A DNA stretch of 64,000 nucleotides from Elusimicrobia bacterium GWA2_51_34. GTDB taxonomy: Bacteria; Elusimicrobiota; Elusimicrobia; Elusimicrobiales; UBA9959. Positions 9,398 through 17,672 of the stretch are shown piece by piece. The notes under the pieces are model-generated. The model was not told the origin of the DNA, did no database searches, and worked only from the letters and a program-made list of their open reading frames with translations. A program made the translations under genes and the position numbers. Within the stretch, counting starts at the first letter, position 1; each line of letters starts with the position of its first letter. Location: NCBI GenBank assembly GCA_001799565.1, contig MGTS01000042.1, positions 157,793-221,792 on the forward strand, in the 5' to 3' direction.

Positions 9398-10931
9398 TTA
9401 TTCTTCCGGCCAGCCTGCACGCGGCGGCATTTGAGGGCATTACCAGCACGCCTTCTGCCTCAAGGCCCTTCACCACTTTTGAACGCGTCTGCGGGTCCGT
9501 CTCGGTGCCGGTTACAGATGACACAATTGAAAGGCTCTTGTTGGCCTGAAAGGCTTTCCGTATGGACGGCAAAATATCATCCAAGGGCCGCATGTTAGAG
9601 CCGTAGCCCAGCACTACGTCAAGCAGAATAACGGACACATCAGGTCTGACGGCTTCAGAAACTATCATTTTGTTGCGCAGGGAATAGTCTATCATCGGGT
9701 GAGGGCGGCCTACGGTAAATTCGTCCTCGCCCAGATCAACAACCGCGTGCTCAGTAAGACGCATTGAGTCTTTCAATTTCCATTTTTTATCCAGCGGAGC
9801 GTTGGACCAGAGCGGGCCGATAATGCCAGGCAGGATTACCTGCGCTTCGCTTACGAAGGTGCCGCCTGAAAACAGGCCTCGCAAGTATTTACCGGCGGAT
9901 TTTTTCAGCGCAGCTTCCTTCCGCGCCAGGGTTTCCGCTTTCAGGTTCGTGTCGTAAATAATTTCTTTGGCCCTGGCCATTTGCCAGCCCTTACTGAGGC
10001 AGACCGCCTTTAACGCCGCTTCCTCAAGAGTGTTCGCCGCGTAAAAATTATCTTTTATCTTTCCCTTTATTTCTCCGCCCAGAAAGATCGCCGCCACGGG
10101 TTTTTTTATTTTTTTGATTTCCACGATTATCTTTTTAAGTATTTCAGGATGGGGGGGCTTTGAAACTATAAGTATTACCTCAGTGGCGGAGTCCGCGGCC
10201 AGCATTTTCAAACCCTGCAGCAGGGTAAGGGCCCCCACCTCAAGTTTAACGTCGCGCGAGCCGGTGCCTATAGCCTGAGAAACACCCGCGCCTTCATTTG
10301 AAATAAGCGTGGACACTTCCTGAAGGCCGGTGCCTGAAGCCGCCACTATGCCTATGTTCCCGCGCCGCACGGAGTTGGCAAAAGCGAGCGGCGCCCCGTT
10401 TATTATCGCGGTACCGCAGTCGGGGCCCATTACCAGCAGGCCTTTGGCAAGCGCCAGCTTTTTAAGTTCCACCTCCGTTTCCAGCGGAACGTTATCGGAA
10501 AAAAGCATCACATTAAGATTTTTTTCAAGGCAGTCGGCCGCCAACGCTCCGGCAAAGCGGCCTGCCACCGAAACTATGGCCAGGTTAGCACCGTCAAGCG
10601 TTTTAACTGCGTCCTCAAGGCCGGAGGCTTTTCTGTCGGAGCCGGCTTCGGCGGGGGCGGGCTTCCTGTTGAGCAATTCTTCTGCGGCCTTAAGCGCCGC
10701 TTCAGCCGCCGGCGGGTTTTTGGCTTTAACGGCCACAGCCAGGTCGCTGTCGCCGGCTTTAAGCACTTCCGGAGTAAGCAGACCGGACGCTTTTATAATT
10801 CCCTTGTTTTCCCTGGTGGCCATCACCACGGCCGAGTCTATTACTCCGGGAATAGAGTTAAGTTTTCTCGCGACCTGCATAAGCGAAACCGAGTCAAAAT
10901 AAGCGCCTTTTTTAATAATCGTTTTTATCAT
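9351..10931 (-). CDS. fdrA: FdrA-like acyl-CoA synthetase family protein
   Basis: 526 aa with a succinyl-CoA-synthetase-alpha-like CoA-binding/ligase fold signature. Clusters with DUF1116 and DUF2877 as in E. coli fdrA-ylbE-ylbF. The C-terminal tail SHKSQVTGHKSRM is encoded by the repeat arm. Confidence 0.75.
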   Translation of the reverse strand: MIKTIIKKGAYFDSVSLMQVARKLNSIPGVIDSAVVMATRENKGIIKASGLLTPEVLKAGDSDLAVAVKAKNPPAAEAALKAAEELLNRKPAPAEAGSDRKASGLEDAVKTLDGANLAIVSVAGRFAGALAADCLEKNLNVMLFSDNVPLETEVELKKLALAKGLLVMGPDCGTAIINGAPLAFANSVRRGNIGIVAASGTGLQEVSTLISNEGAGVSQAIGTGSRDVKLEVGALTLLQGLKMLAADSATEVILIVSKPPHPEILKKIIVEIKKIKKPVAAIFLGGEIKGKIKDNFYAANTLEEAALKAVCLSKGWQMARAKEIIYDTNLKAETLARKEAALKKSAGKYLRGLFSGGTFVSEAQVILPGIIGPLWSNAPLDKKWKLKDSMRLTEHAVVDLGEDEFTVGRPHPMIDYSLRNKMIVSEAVRPDVSVILLDVVLGYGSNMRPLDDILPSIRKAFQANKSLSIVSSVTGTETDPQTRSKVVKGLEAEGVLVMPSNAAACRLAGRIITSHKSQVTGHKSRM

Positions 10932-10948
10932 ATGTTCTCCATAAATTT

Positions 10949-11061
10949 CAGTCTCAAGTCACAGGTCACAAGTCACAAGTGAAAACAAGACAATCACAAG
11001 TCCCCAGTAAACTGCAGAACTGCTATTTACTTGTGACCTGTGACTGGTGTCCTGTAACCTG
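10949..11061. repeat. Heptamer-arm hairpin, GTCACAR dialect
   Basis: Left arm ctcaagtcacaggtcacaagtcacaagt... and right arm acttgtgacctgtgactggtgtcctgtaacctg. Confidence 0.75.
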
Positions 11062-11065
11062 CGCT

Positions 11066-11890
11066 TCAAGACGTAGTCAAAACGTCTTGAAGCGCAAAGA
11101 CCAATCCCGCGCAGAAATCCGCGCCTGAGGTATGTCCGCTTTTAAAGGCGTCCGCCGCCGCGGAAAGTAATTCCCGCTTTCCGGAACCGCAAAGGGCGAT
11201 CATAAGCCGCTTTATTTTAAACGTTACCAAGCCCTCATATGAACAGCGCAGGAAGGTATTGGAAATAAGGTTTCCGCCCTCTGAATTTTTATAAACCGCC
11301 AGGGCCGCTTTTTCAGTGTTAAGGCGCAGGCTTTTGCGCGCGAAACCAAGGCCGGCAAGCATGCCGCTTAAAAAATCATCGCCGGAGGGGGTAAGCCCGA
11401 AGCCAAGTCCGCGCATCATTCTGGCTCCGGCGGCGTAAGCCCCGGCGCTTAACAAGCCAGCGGCTTTTTTCATGCGCAATAGCATCTTACGCTCAAAAAC
11501 CCGCCGGAACTCAAGTTCCGCGTCCGGGTCAAAAATAAAACGCATGCTTCGCGGCGGAGCTCCGACCGCGAAAAAAACCTTCAGGGTTTCAATATTTTCG
11601 CGGACAAGGGCCGGCTCCGCGTCCAGTTCCGGCACGGAAGAATCATACATGGCGTCGGGCGCCTTCCGCAGGCGGTTATCGTCAACATAAAAAGAGAATT
11701 TGGTGGCCCTGAATTTTCTGGCGCCCGCGGGGATCTGCTTGACAACCAGATTAACCGGCCCGGCGCCCGCGCCCGGCGAAACCAGTGAAATTATCAGGCG
11801 TCCCCTGCGGAAATTAACCGCGTGCTCAAATGCCGAATGCAGGCGGTAATCGCCTTCAGGGATATTGTCGCCGAATGAGAGTAAGTCCAT
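11066..11890 (-). CDS. DUF2877 protein (E. coli YlbF-like)
   Basis: 274 aa. Size and position beside fdrA-like and DUF1116 genes match the ylbF family. Assigned from context and recollection. Confidence 0.6.
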   Translation of the reverse strand: MDLLSFGDNIPEGDYRLHSAFEHAVNFRRGRLIISLVSPGAGAGPVNLVVKQIPAGARKFRATKFSFYVDDNRLRKAPDAMYDSSVPELDAEPALVRENIETLKVFFAVGAPPRSMRFIFDPDAELEFRRVFERKMLLRMKKAAGLLSAGAYAAGARMMRGLGFGLTPSGDDFLSGMLAGLGFARKSLRLNTEKAALAVYKNSEGGNLISNTFLRCSYEGLVTFKIKRLMIALCGSGKRELLSAAADAFKSGHTSGADFCAGLVFALQDVLTTS

Positions 11891-11894
11891 GGTT

Positions 11895-12049
11895 AGTCAC
11901 AGGTCACAAGTCACCAGTCACAAGTAATAAATAGGGAAAGTCCTGGGGCTCATGTCACAAAACACAGGTACCAAGTCACATGTAACAAGTCATCAGTAAC
12001 GGCAAAGAGCCTCCTTAATACTTGTGACCTGTGACTTGTGACTTGTGAC
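11895..12049. repeat. Heptamer-arm hairpin, GTCACAR dialect (double left arm)
   Basis: Left arm agtcacaggtcacaagtcaccagtcacaagt plus a second degenerate arm. Loop is ggcaaagagcctccttaata. Right arm is cttgtgacctgtgacttgtgacttgtgac. Confidence 0.75.
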
Positions 12050-12815
12050 AATTTTCCTGCCAGGGAAAATCCTTACGCTCTCCTATAAACGGAAACCGCG
12101 CGCGCGTTTTTTCCACTAAAGCTTTATCAATATGCGCTTCCGATATGTAAATGCCCTCAGCCGTGCCCGCGTCCAGAACCGTCTTCCCGAGCGGGTCGAA
12201 GCACATGGAATTGCCGCTATACTCAACCGTGCCCTCAAGGCCGATGCGGTTTACACCGGCGCAATAAGCCTGGTTTTCCACGGCGCGCGCACGAAGCAGC
12301 GTCATCCAGTGTTCCGCGCGGCGCATGGGCCAGGCGGCTATCACGATATAAATATCAGCTTTCGCCGCCATGTTCCAGAATAAATAGGGAAACCGCAGGT
12401 CAAAACAGACCGCCGGCATTACTTTCAGGCCTTCAAGCTCAAAAAGTTCCTGCTTTGAACCCGCTTTATAACATTTATCTTCGCCGCCGAAAGCGTAGAG
12501 GTGGATTTTTGAATAAGTATTTATGCGGTCACCGTGCCTGTTCAGCGTTACAAGGTTGTTGAAGCCGTTTTCCACCCCGCCGTAGGAAATATTAATGTTT
12601 CGTTTCTGGGCCAGATCGCGAAAGAAATTCCTGTCGGAGTCGTTTAATTCGGCTATGGCGGTCTTCATGGTGAAACCGCTTAAAGTCATCTCGGAAAATA
12701 TAAGCCAGTCAATCTCGTTCTTGCGCGGACAGTTTTCTATCAGTTCTTCAATTTTTTTCTTATTGGCTTCCTTGTCTTCCCATTTGACATTGTACTGACA
12801 TAGGGCAAGTTTCAT
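12015..12815 (-). CDS. Carbon-nitrogen hydrolase family protein (nitrilase/amidase superfamily)
   Basis: 266 aa with Glu-Lys-Cys triad contexts (FSEM, KIHLY, PAVCFDLRFP). The C-terminal HKSQVTGHKY is encoded by the repeat arm. Confidence 0.8.
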   Translation of the reverse strand: MKLALCQYNVKWEDKEANKKKIEELIENCPRKNEIDWLIFSEMTLSGFTMKTAIAELNDSDRNFFRDLAQKRNINISYGGVENGFNNLVTLNRHGDRINTYSKIHLYAFGGEDKCYKAGSKQELFELEGLKVMPAVCFDLRFPYLFWNMAAKADIYIVIAAWPMRRAEHWMTLLRARAVENQAYCAGVNRIGLEGTVEYSGNSMCFDPLGKTVLDAGTAEGIYISEAHIDKALVEKTRARFPFIGERKDFPWQENCHKSQVTGHKY

Positions 12816-12835
12816 TATGGTACGGCCTCCTGTTT

Positions 12836-12926
12836 GACTACAAGCTAGTAAGCTGGTAGGCTAGTATGCTGGTATGCTTTTTAAGGAACTCCTTATAAGG
12901 CCTACTAGCCTACCCGCCTACTAGCA
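12836..12926. repeat. Octamer-arm hairpin, CTACCAGC dialect, palindromic AAGGAACTCCTT loop
   Basis: Left arm agctagtaagctggtaggctagtatgctggtatgc, loop tttttaaggaactccttataagg, right arm cctactagcctacccgcctactagc. Shares a 27-nt identical run with 42143... Confidence 0.8.
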
Positions 12927-12936
12927 GACCCATGCC

Positions 12937-15333
12937 TCACTTCTTAGCGGCTGCAACAGCTAACGCCACTTTCTCTTTCGTCACCGGCATTGATTTTATC
13001 CTCACACCAAGGGCGTCTTCTACCGCATTAGCTATAAGGGGGGCGGCCGGTATCATGGTATGCTCGCCCACTCCGCGCGCGCCGTAGGGGCCGTCGGGCT
13101 GGGCCACTTCTATTATTATCGGCACTACCACGTCAGGCATATCCTTGGCGGTGGGAATTTTATAATCCGAAAAATTAGCGTTCAGCAGGCGGCCCGTTTC
13201 GCCAAAGCGCATATCCTCGTACAGGACTGTGGCAAAGCCCTGCAACAGGCCGCCCACTATCTGGCCTTTTACCAGGTCCGGGTTTATAGCCTTGCCGCAG
13301 TCCACGGCAAGCGCCGCCTTTTTTATTTTCATCTTGCCGGTTTCTCTATCCACTTCAAGAATGACTCCGGCCGAACCGGTGGTGTAGTGCACATTGGGGT
13401 GCCCGCCCTGTCCGGTCTCCGGGTCGCCTATAGCGGAGGCGAATTCAGGCATGAACATGCCGGAGCCCATTATGGGGCCGCCCTTAAAGGTGTGGTCTTC
13501 GGCCTGTATACCGTTTATCACAAAGTCCCGCAGACGCAGTTCAAAATCCGGCCTGGTGTGGCAGCGCACCGTTTCGTTTTTCAGGTACAGCGTGGACTTG
13601 TCCAGGCAGTGTACGCGCTGAACCAGATCAAATATTTTTTCCCGCGCTTCCATGGCGGCGCTCTTTACGGCATTGCCGCAGCCCCAGGTCACATGGGAAC
13701 CCACCGTCTGCCACTCGTAAGGGTTACGGTCGGTATCGGGCGTTTCCACCCGTATTTTAGACACAGGCACGGTAAGCACCTCGGACGCTATCTGCGCCAT
13801 TACCGTCATCAGACCCTGGCCTATTTCCATGCCGGAAACAAGAATATTGATGCTGCCGTCCTCGTTAAATTTAAGGAAAGCGCTTGAAGCGGCGTTCGGC
13901 GGCATGGCGGGGGATTTCCAGAAGCATACCAGCGCCTTGCCTATGGCCTTTTTCGGGTCCTTTGATTCTTCCTTCACACCCCACTTTATTTCTTTTTCCA
14001 CTTTTTCTATGGCTTCTTTAATACCGTTAGGATTCATGGGCGCGCCATAGGGCAGGGTGTCGCCTTCCTTTATGGCGTTTTTCTTGCGGAAAGCCACCGG
14101 GTCCATGCCCAGCTTACCGGCTACGCGGGTAATGTGCGATTCCAACCCGAACAGAAACTCGGAATAGCCGAAGCCGCGGTAAGGCCCGCCGGGGGGGAGA
14201 TTGGTGTAAATACACATGGAGTCTATTTTCAGATTGTCCACTTTGTAGGGGCCGGAAGCCGAAAGTCCCGCCGCGTTTACCACATTCGCGCCGTACTCAA
14301 CATAAGCGCCGGCGTCCCAGCACATTTCAAAATCCAGCGCGGTAATGCGGCCGTCTTTTTTCACGCCCATCTTTATTTTGGCGGTTACGCCCTGGCGCTG
14401 ATAGGTGTTGTAAAATTCCTGCGCGCGGTTCCAAAGAACTTTTACGGGCCGGCCCTGCACAGACACAGCCAGCGCCGCTCCTATTATCTCCATGCTGACG
14501 CCCGCTTTACCGCCGAAACCGCCGCCGATATAGGTGCTTATCACGCGCACATCCTTGTGGCTTATCCCCATAGGCTCTAATACCTGCACAAACACATTAC
14601 GCTGGGTGAACGGCGACTGCGAGGAGGTCCACATGGTAAGACGGCCTGATTCGTCATAAAGGCCTATCACGCAATGCGGCTCTATGGCGCAATGCGCGTA
14701 TCTGGGGACATAATACGTATCCTCCATTACCAGATCCGCTTCTTTGAATCCTTTGGCCAGGTCGCCTTTGCGGGTTTTGCGCCAGTGAGCGATATTGGTG
14801 TTCGGCTTGGGGAAAAACCACGGCACATGGCGGTAGTTTTCTAGGTCGGGGTGTATGATGGGCGCATTTTTCTCAAGAGCTTTAACGGGGTCAAATACGG
14901 GGGTAAGTTCTTCGTATTTCACTTCTACGAGTGCCGCGCCGCGCAGCGCAACCTTGGGATCTGTTGCCACTACGGCGGCAACCTGTTCTCCTACAAAGCG
15001 CACTGTGTCGGTGGCGAAGACATAGCGGTCGGTCATATACAGGCCGAACTTGTGCTTAAAATTATCGCCGGTGACAACTTTTACCACCCCGGGAAGTTTT
15101 TCAGCTTTGGAAGTATCTATGGACTTTATGCGCGCATGGGCGAACGGACTTTCCACGATAGCCGCGTAAAGCAGCCCGGGCCCGAATTCCAGATCGTCGG
15201 TATATTTGGCCGCGCCCTTGATCTTCTCCCACCCGTCCACGCGTGGAACGCTGGTCCCCACCACCAACAAATCGTCCTGGGTTTTCACCTTGGTTGTTTT
15301 TTTAGGTTTGCTTATAATTTTCTGAAGATTCAT
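12937..15333 (-). CDS. Xanthine dehydrogenase family molybdopterin-binding large subunit
   Basis: About 800 aa with an aldehyde oxidase/xanthine dehydrogenase a/b-hammerhead and Mo-binding domain pattern (GGGFGGK). The ATG at 15333 has a GAGG RBS. The track start at 15411 is probably an extension. Confidence 0.85.
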   Translation of the reverse strand: MNLQKIISKPKKTTKVKTQDDLLVVGTSVPRVDGWEKIKGAAKYTDDLEFGPGLLYAAIVESPFAHARIKSIDTSKAEKLPGVVKVVTGDNFKHKFGLYMTDRYVFATDTVRFVGEQVAAVVATDPKVALRGAALVEVKYEELTPVFDPVKALEKNAPIIHPDLENYRHVPWFFPKPNTNIAHWRKTRKGDLAKGFKEADLVMEDTYYVPRYAHCAIEPHCVIGLYDESGRLTMWTSSQSPFTQRNVFVQVLEPMGISHKDVRVISTYIGGGFGGKAGVSMEIIGAALAVSVQGRPVKVLWNRAQEFYNTYQRQGVTAKIKMGVKKDGRITALDFEMCWDAGAYVEYGANVVNAAGLSASGPYKVDNLKIDSMCIYTNLPPGGPYRGFGYSEFLFGLESHITRVAGKLGMDPVAFRKKNAIKEGDTLPYGAPMNPNGIKEAIEKVEKEIKWGVKEESKDPKKAIGKALVCFWKSPAMPPNAASSAFLKFNEDGSINILVSGMEIGQGLMTVMAQIASEVLTVPVSKIRVETPDTDRNPYEWQTVGSHVTWGCGNAVKSAAMEAREKIFDLVQRVHCLDKSTLYLKNETVRCHTRPDFELRLRDFVINGIQAEDHTFKGGPIMGSGMFMPEFASAIGDPETGQGGHPNVHYTTGSAGVILEVDRETGKMKIKKAALAVDCGKAINPDLVKGQIVGGLLQGFATVLYEDMRFGETGRLLNANFSDYKIPTAKDMPDVVVPIIIEVAQPDGPYGARGVGEHTMIPAAPLIANAVEDALGVRIKSMPVTKEKVALAVAAAKK

Positions 15334-15420
15334 ATTCACCTCGGTTTCAGAGACGCTGCCTACTTTCTTACTTGTTTCCGCCGGACGGCGGCTATTTTTA
15401 CCTATCCGCATCCTTTAAAT

Positions 15421-15465
15421 TTCACTTGACCATGTCCCCTGCGTCACTTGTGACCTATGACTTTA
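15421..15465. repeat. Single degenerate CACTTGTGAC-type arm
   Basis: Sequence ttcacttgaccatgtcccctgcgtcacttgtgacctatgac, with no obvious partner arm nearby. Confidence 0.4.
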
Positions 15466-15734
15466 AAAAGGCGCCAGACGCCGCTTCGGGTTATATCTTT
15501 TTACTATAGTTGATTGCGCGTCAGACGCAGGCGCGCCGCAGCCTGCTTTAAAGCGGACCGTGTTGACTGAAATGTGGTTCTTGCCCGGAGAAAACAACCA
15601 GGTTGAACGGGAACGAGCCGACGCGGCGACGGGGACAATACGGGACGTTACCGGCGGCACCGGAGCTGACTGGCTTTCATCCGTTTTGGCTCGCCGTAAA
15701 CAAATTCCCATTGATACTCCAAAAAGGCTGCCTT

Positions 15735-15780
15735 TTCACTCTTTCTTACTCTACACTCGCCACTATCCACTAGACACTTA
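15735..15780. repeat. Tandem heptamer tract (..CAC T.. units), single arm
   Basis: Units tcactct ttcttac tctacac tcgccac tatccac tagacac. Overlaps the 2Fe-2S gene stop. Confidence 0.4.
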
Positions 15781-16245
15781 TTTTCCTTTCGCCGCCTCCG
15801 CTATCGCTTCTACTATCGGTTCATAGCCGGTGCAGCGGCAGAGGTTGCCGGCAATGGCTTCTTTAATTTCGTGATTATCGGGCTTTGAGTTCTTCTCAAG
15901 TAATTCGGTGGCGGAAAGAATCACTCCCGGAGCGCAGAAGCCGCACTGAAAGGCGTTCTTTTCATGAAATTTTTTCTGAAGCTTCTGCGTCCACTTGCGG
16001 GTATTGGCGCCTTCAAGCGTAACTATCTCCGCGCCGTCCGCCTCTACGGCAAGTGCCAGGCACGAACGTACGGTTCTGCCGTTCATCAGCACTGTGCAGG
16101 TGCCGCAGTCGCCGCGGTCGCAGCCCACTTTCGGGCTTTTGATCCCCAGCTTATTGCGCAGCACGTCCAGCAGGACATCATTGGGTTCTACTTCAATAGA
16201 AATTTTTTCATTATTTAAGCTAAATTGAATATTGTGTCGTTTCAT
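15778..16245 (-). CDS. (2Fe-2S)-binding small subunit of the XDH-family enzyme
   Basis: 155 aa with plant-type ferredoxin cysteines (CDRGDCGTC) and a second cluster motif (CGFCAPG ... CRCTGY). Confidence 0.9.
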   Translation of the reverse strand: MKRHNIQFSLNNEKISIEVEPNDVLLDVLRNKLGIKSPKVGCDRGDCGTCTVLMNGRTVRSCLALAVEADGAEIVTLEGANTRKWTQKLQKKFHEKNAFQCGFCAPGVILSATELLEKNSKPDNHEIKEAIAGNLCRCTGYEPIVEAIAEAAKGK

Positions 16246-16259
16246 TAATACTTCCTTGA

Positions 16260-16286
16260 TAGTCGAGAGTTTAGAGTCGAGAGTCT
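16260..16286. repeat. 3' arm (mRNA sense) of the stem bracketing four-helix gene 1, GAGAGTC/TAGAGT dialect
   Basis: tagtcgagagtttagagtcgagagtc is complementary over tagagtttagagt and flanks to 16667-16701. Confidence 0.7.
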
Positions 16287-16639
16287 GGGATTTTATTTGA
16301 ATTTGAGAGTCCTGTTATCATTCTCCCTATTCCATCAGCATCAGAATACAAAGTTTTATGTTTGACTTCTTCAATATAATTCAACTCTAGAGAAAGTCGC
16401 AGGAGAGTTGTTGTTTCACAAAGCGATCCATAAGACATAGACAAAAAATGTTTAAATTCTTTTTTAGATTTTCGCCCGGCGCCTTCAGCGATATTAAGCA
16501 CCACTGAAACTGCCGCCCTGCGTATTTGAGATGTGACCCCGAACATCTCATCCGCAGGAAAGCCCTTGGTCACCATATAGATTTCCTTAGTAAAAGATAA
16601 TGCCTTTTGCCAGACCATTAGTTTTTCAAAGCCAAACAT
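16271..16639 (-). CDS. Four-helix-bundle protein (23S rRNA intervening-sequence protein / Avd family)
   Basis: 122 aa with the hallmark pattern LxVWQKA...FPxxExFGxTSQxRRAAxSVxLNIAEGxGR...GSLxE. The last codons (DSRL) lie in the repeat arm. Confidence 0.85.
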   Translation of the reverse strand: MFGFEKLMVWQKALSFTKEIYMVTKGFPADEMFGVTSQIRRAAVSVVLNIAEGAGRKSKKEFKHFLSMSYGSLCETTTLLRLSLELNYIEEVKHKTLYSDADGIGRMITGLSNSNKIPDSRL

Positions 16640-16666
16640 TATAAGTCTCCCGCCTTTCCGCTTTCG

Positions 16667-16701
16667 GACACTCTAAACTCTAGACTCTCCACTCTACACT
16701 A
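16667..16701. repeat. 5' arm (mRNA sense) of the stem bracketing four-helix gene 1
   Basis: gacactctaaactctagactctccactctacacta. Overlaps the stop of the FAD-subunit gene. Confidence 0.7.
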
Positions 16702-17587
16702 TATTGTTTTCTCCATAACACGGACCTTTCCCGGACAGACGGGCCAGCGCTATTTCAAGCGCGCGCTCGAGCATAATTTCGGCCATATGCAGACGGTATT
16801 CCTTGCTGGAGCGGATATCTGCTATGGGACTGATTTCTGAAAGTATCAGTTTTCTGGCTTTTCCCAAAACCGGGGCGGAAAGTTTGTTGCCGTTAAGCAG
16901 CCGTTCGGTTTTTGGGCATCGCGCCGGTTTTGGCCCCAAAGCGCAGGTTGCCACGCGATAAGTGTTGTCCGCAAAAGCCAGAACGGCTATACCGCCCTGG
17001 GCCAGATCTTCGCCTTCATAGCGGCAAAGCTTCATGTAGCAGCCGGCGTGTTTTTTCTCCGGGAGCGGGAGTTCAAGCCCGGTAACTATTTCGTCGGCGG
17101 CAAGCGCGGTTTTTTTAGGGCCCGCGAACCAGTTGTGTATGGAAACGGCGCGTTCGCCCCTTATAGCGCGGACCAGCACCACCGCGTCGTAGACGGCCAG
17201 CACGGGCGCGGAATCCGCCGAGGGCACGGCCGAGCAGATATTACCGGCCACAGTGGCGCGATTGCGCACCCCTGTTGAGGCCACGGTAAGCGAAGCCTCC
17301 CACAGCAGGGGATACCTGGTTTTAACCAGGTCGGATTCTATGAGGTCCGCAAAAGTGACAAGCGCCCCTATTTTCAGTTTGTTGCCGTCAAGCGTCAGGC
17401 CGCGCAGCTCTTCAAGGTTTTTTATGTCAACCACTATTTCGGGTTTGGCGATATTTTCTTTAAGTTGCACAACCAGGTCGGTGCCGCCGGCAAGGGCTTT
17501 GGCTTTCTCACGGTAAAGTGAAAAGACATGAAGAGCTTCGTCCATGTCTTTGGGTTTAATGTACTCAAATTCAGTAGTAATAGGCAT
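16694..17587 (-). CDS. FAD-binding medium subunit of the XDH-family enzyme (CoxM/XdhB-like)
   Basis: 297 aa with a FAD_binding_5-type N-terminal region (AGGTDLVV) and a CO-dehydrogenase flavoprotein C-terminal-like region. Confidence 0.85.
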   Translation of the reverse strand: MPITTEFEYIKPKDMDEALHVFSLYREKAKALAGGTDLVVQLKENIAKPEIVVDIKNLEELRGLTLDGNKLKIGALVTFADLIESDLVKTRYPLLWEASLTVASTGVRNRATVAGNICSAVPSADSAPVLAVYDAVVLVRAIRGERAVSIHNWFAGPKKTALAADEIVTGLELPLPEKKHAGCYMKLCRYEGEDLAQGGIAVLAFADNTYRVATCALGPKPARCPKTERLLNGNKLSAPVLGKARKLILSEISPIADIRSSKEYRLHMAEIMLERALEIALARLSGKGPCYGENNIV

Positions 17588-17608
17588 GTAATTTACCTCC
17601 GGTAAATT

Positions 17609-17641
17609 AAGTCACAAGTCACAGGTCACAAGACACAAGCC
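17609..17641. repeat. 3' arm (mRNA sense) of the stem bracketing four-helix gene 2, GTCACAR dialect
   Basis: aagtcacaagtcacaggtcacaagacacaagcc is complementary (about 21 bp with 1 mismatch) to each unit at 18053-18225. Confidence 0.75.
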
Positions 17642-17672
17642 AGCAGTAATTAGTTACAGGCAGTTCCGACAC

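Noticed and set aside
13060-13887. 275-aa plus-strand ORF, plus the 14134-14580 and 14851-15429 ORFs
   Set aside because: All are antisense to the XDH-family large subunit gene, and none has a recognisable family.
15463-15711. 82-aa minus-strand ORF within the XDH operon spacer
   Set aside because: The composition is R/S/P/A-rich, there is no RBS and no recognisable motif. The region is more likely non-coding structure.
15334-15777. Specific identification as a Moco, purine or xanthine riboswitch upstream of the Mo-subunit gene
   Set aside because: I could not find the conserved cores I remember for these classes (for example CUCCGAGCC...GGAAAGG for Moco, or the UAUAAU...CCGUAAAU-type purine junction). 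It is kept only as a generic structured-spacer finding.
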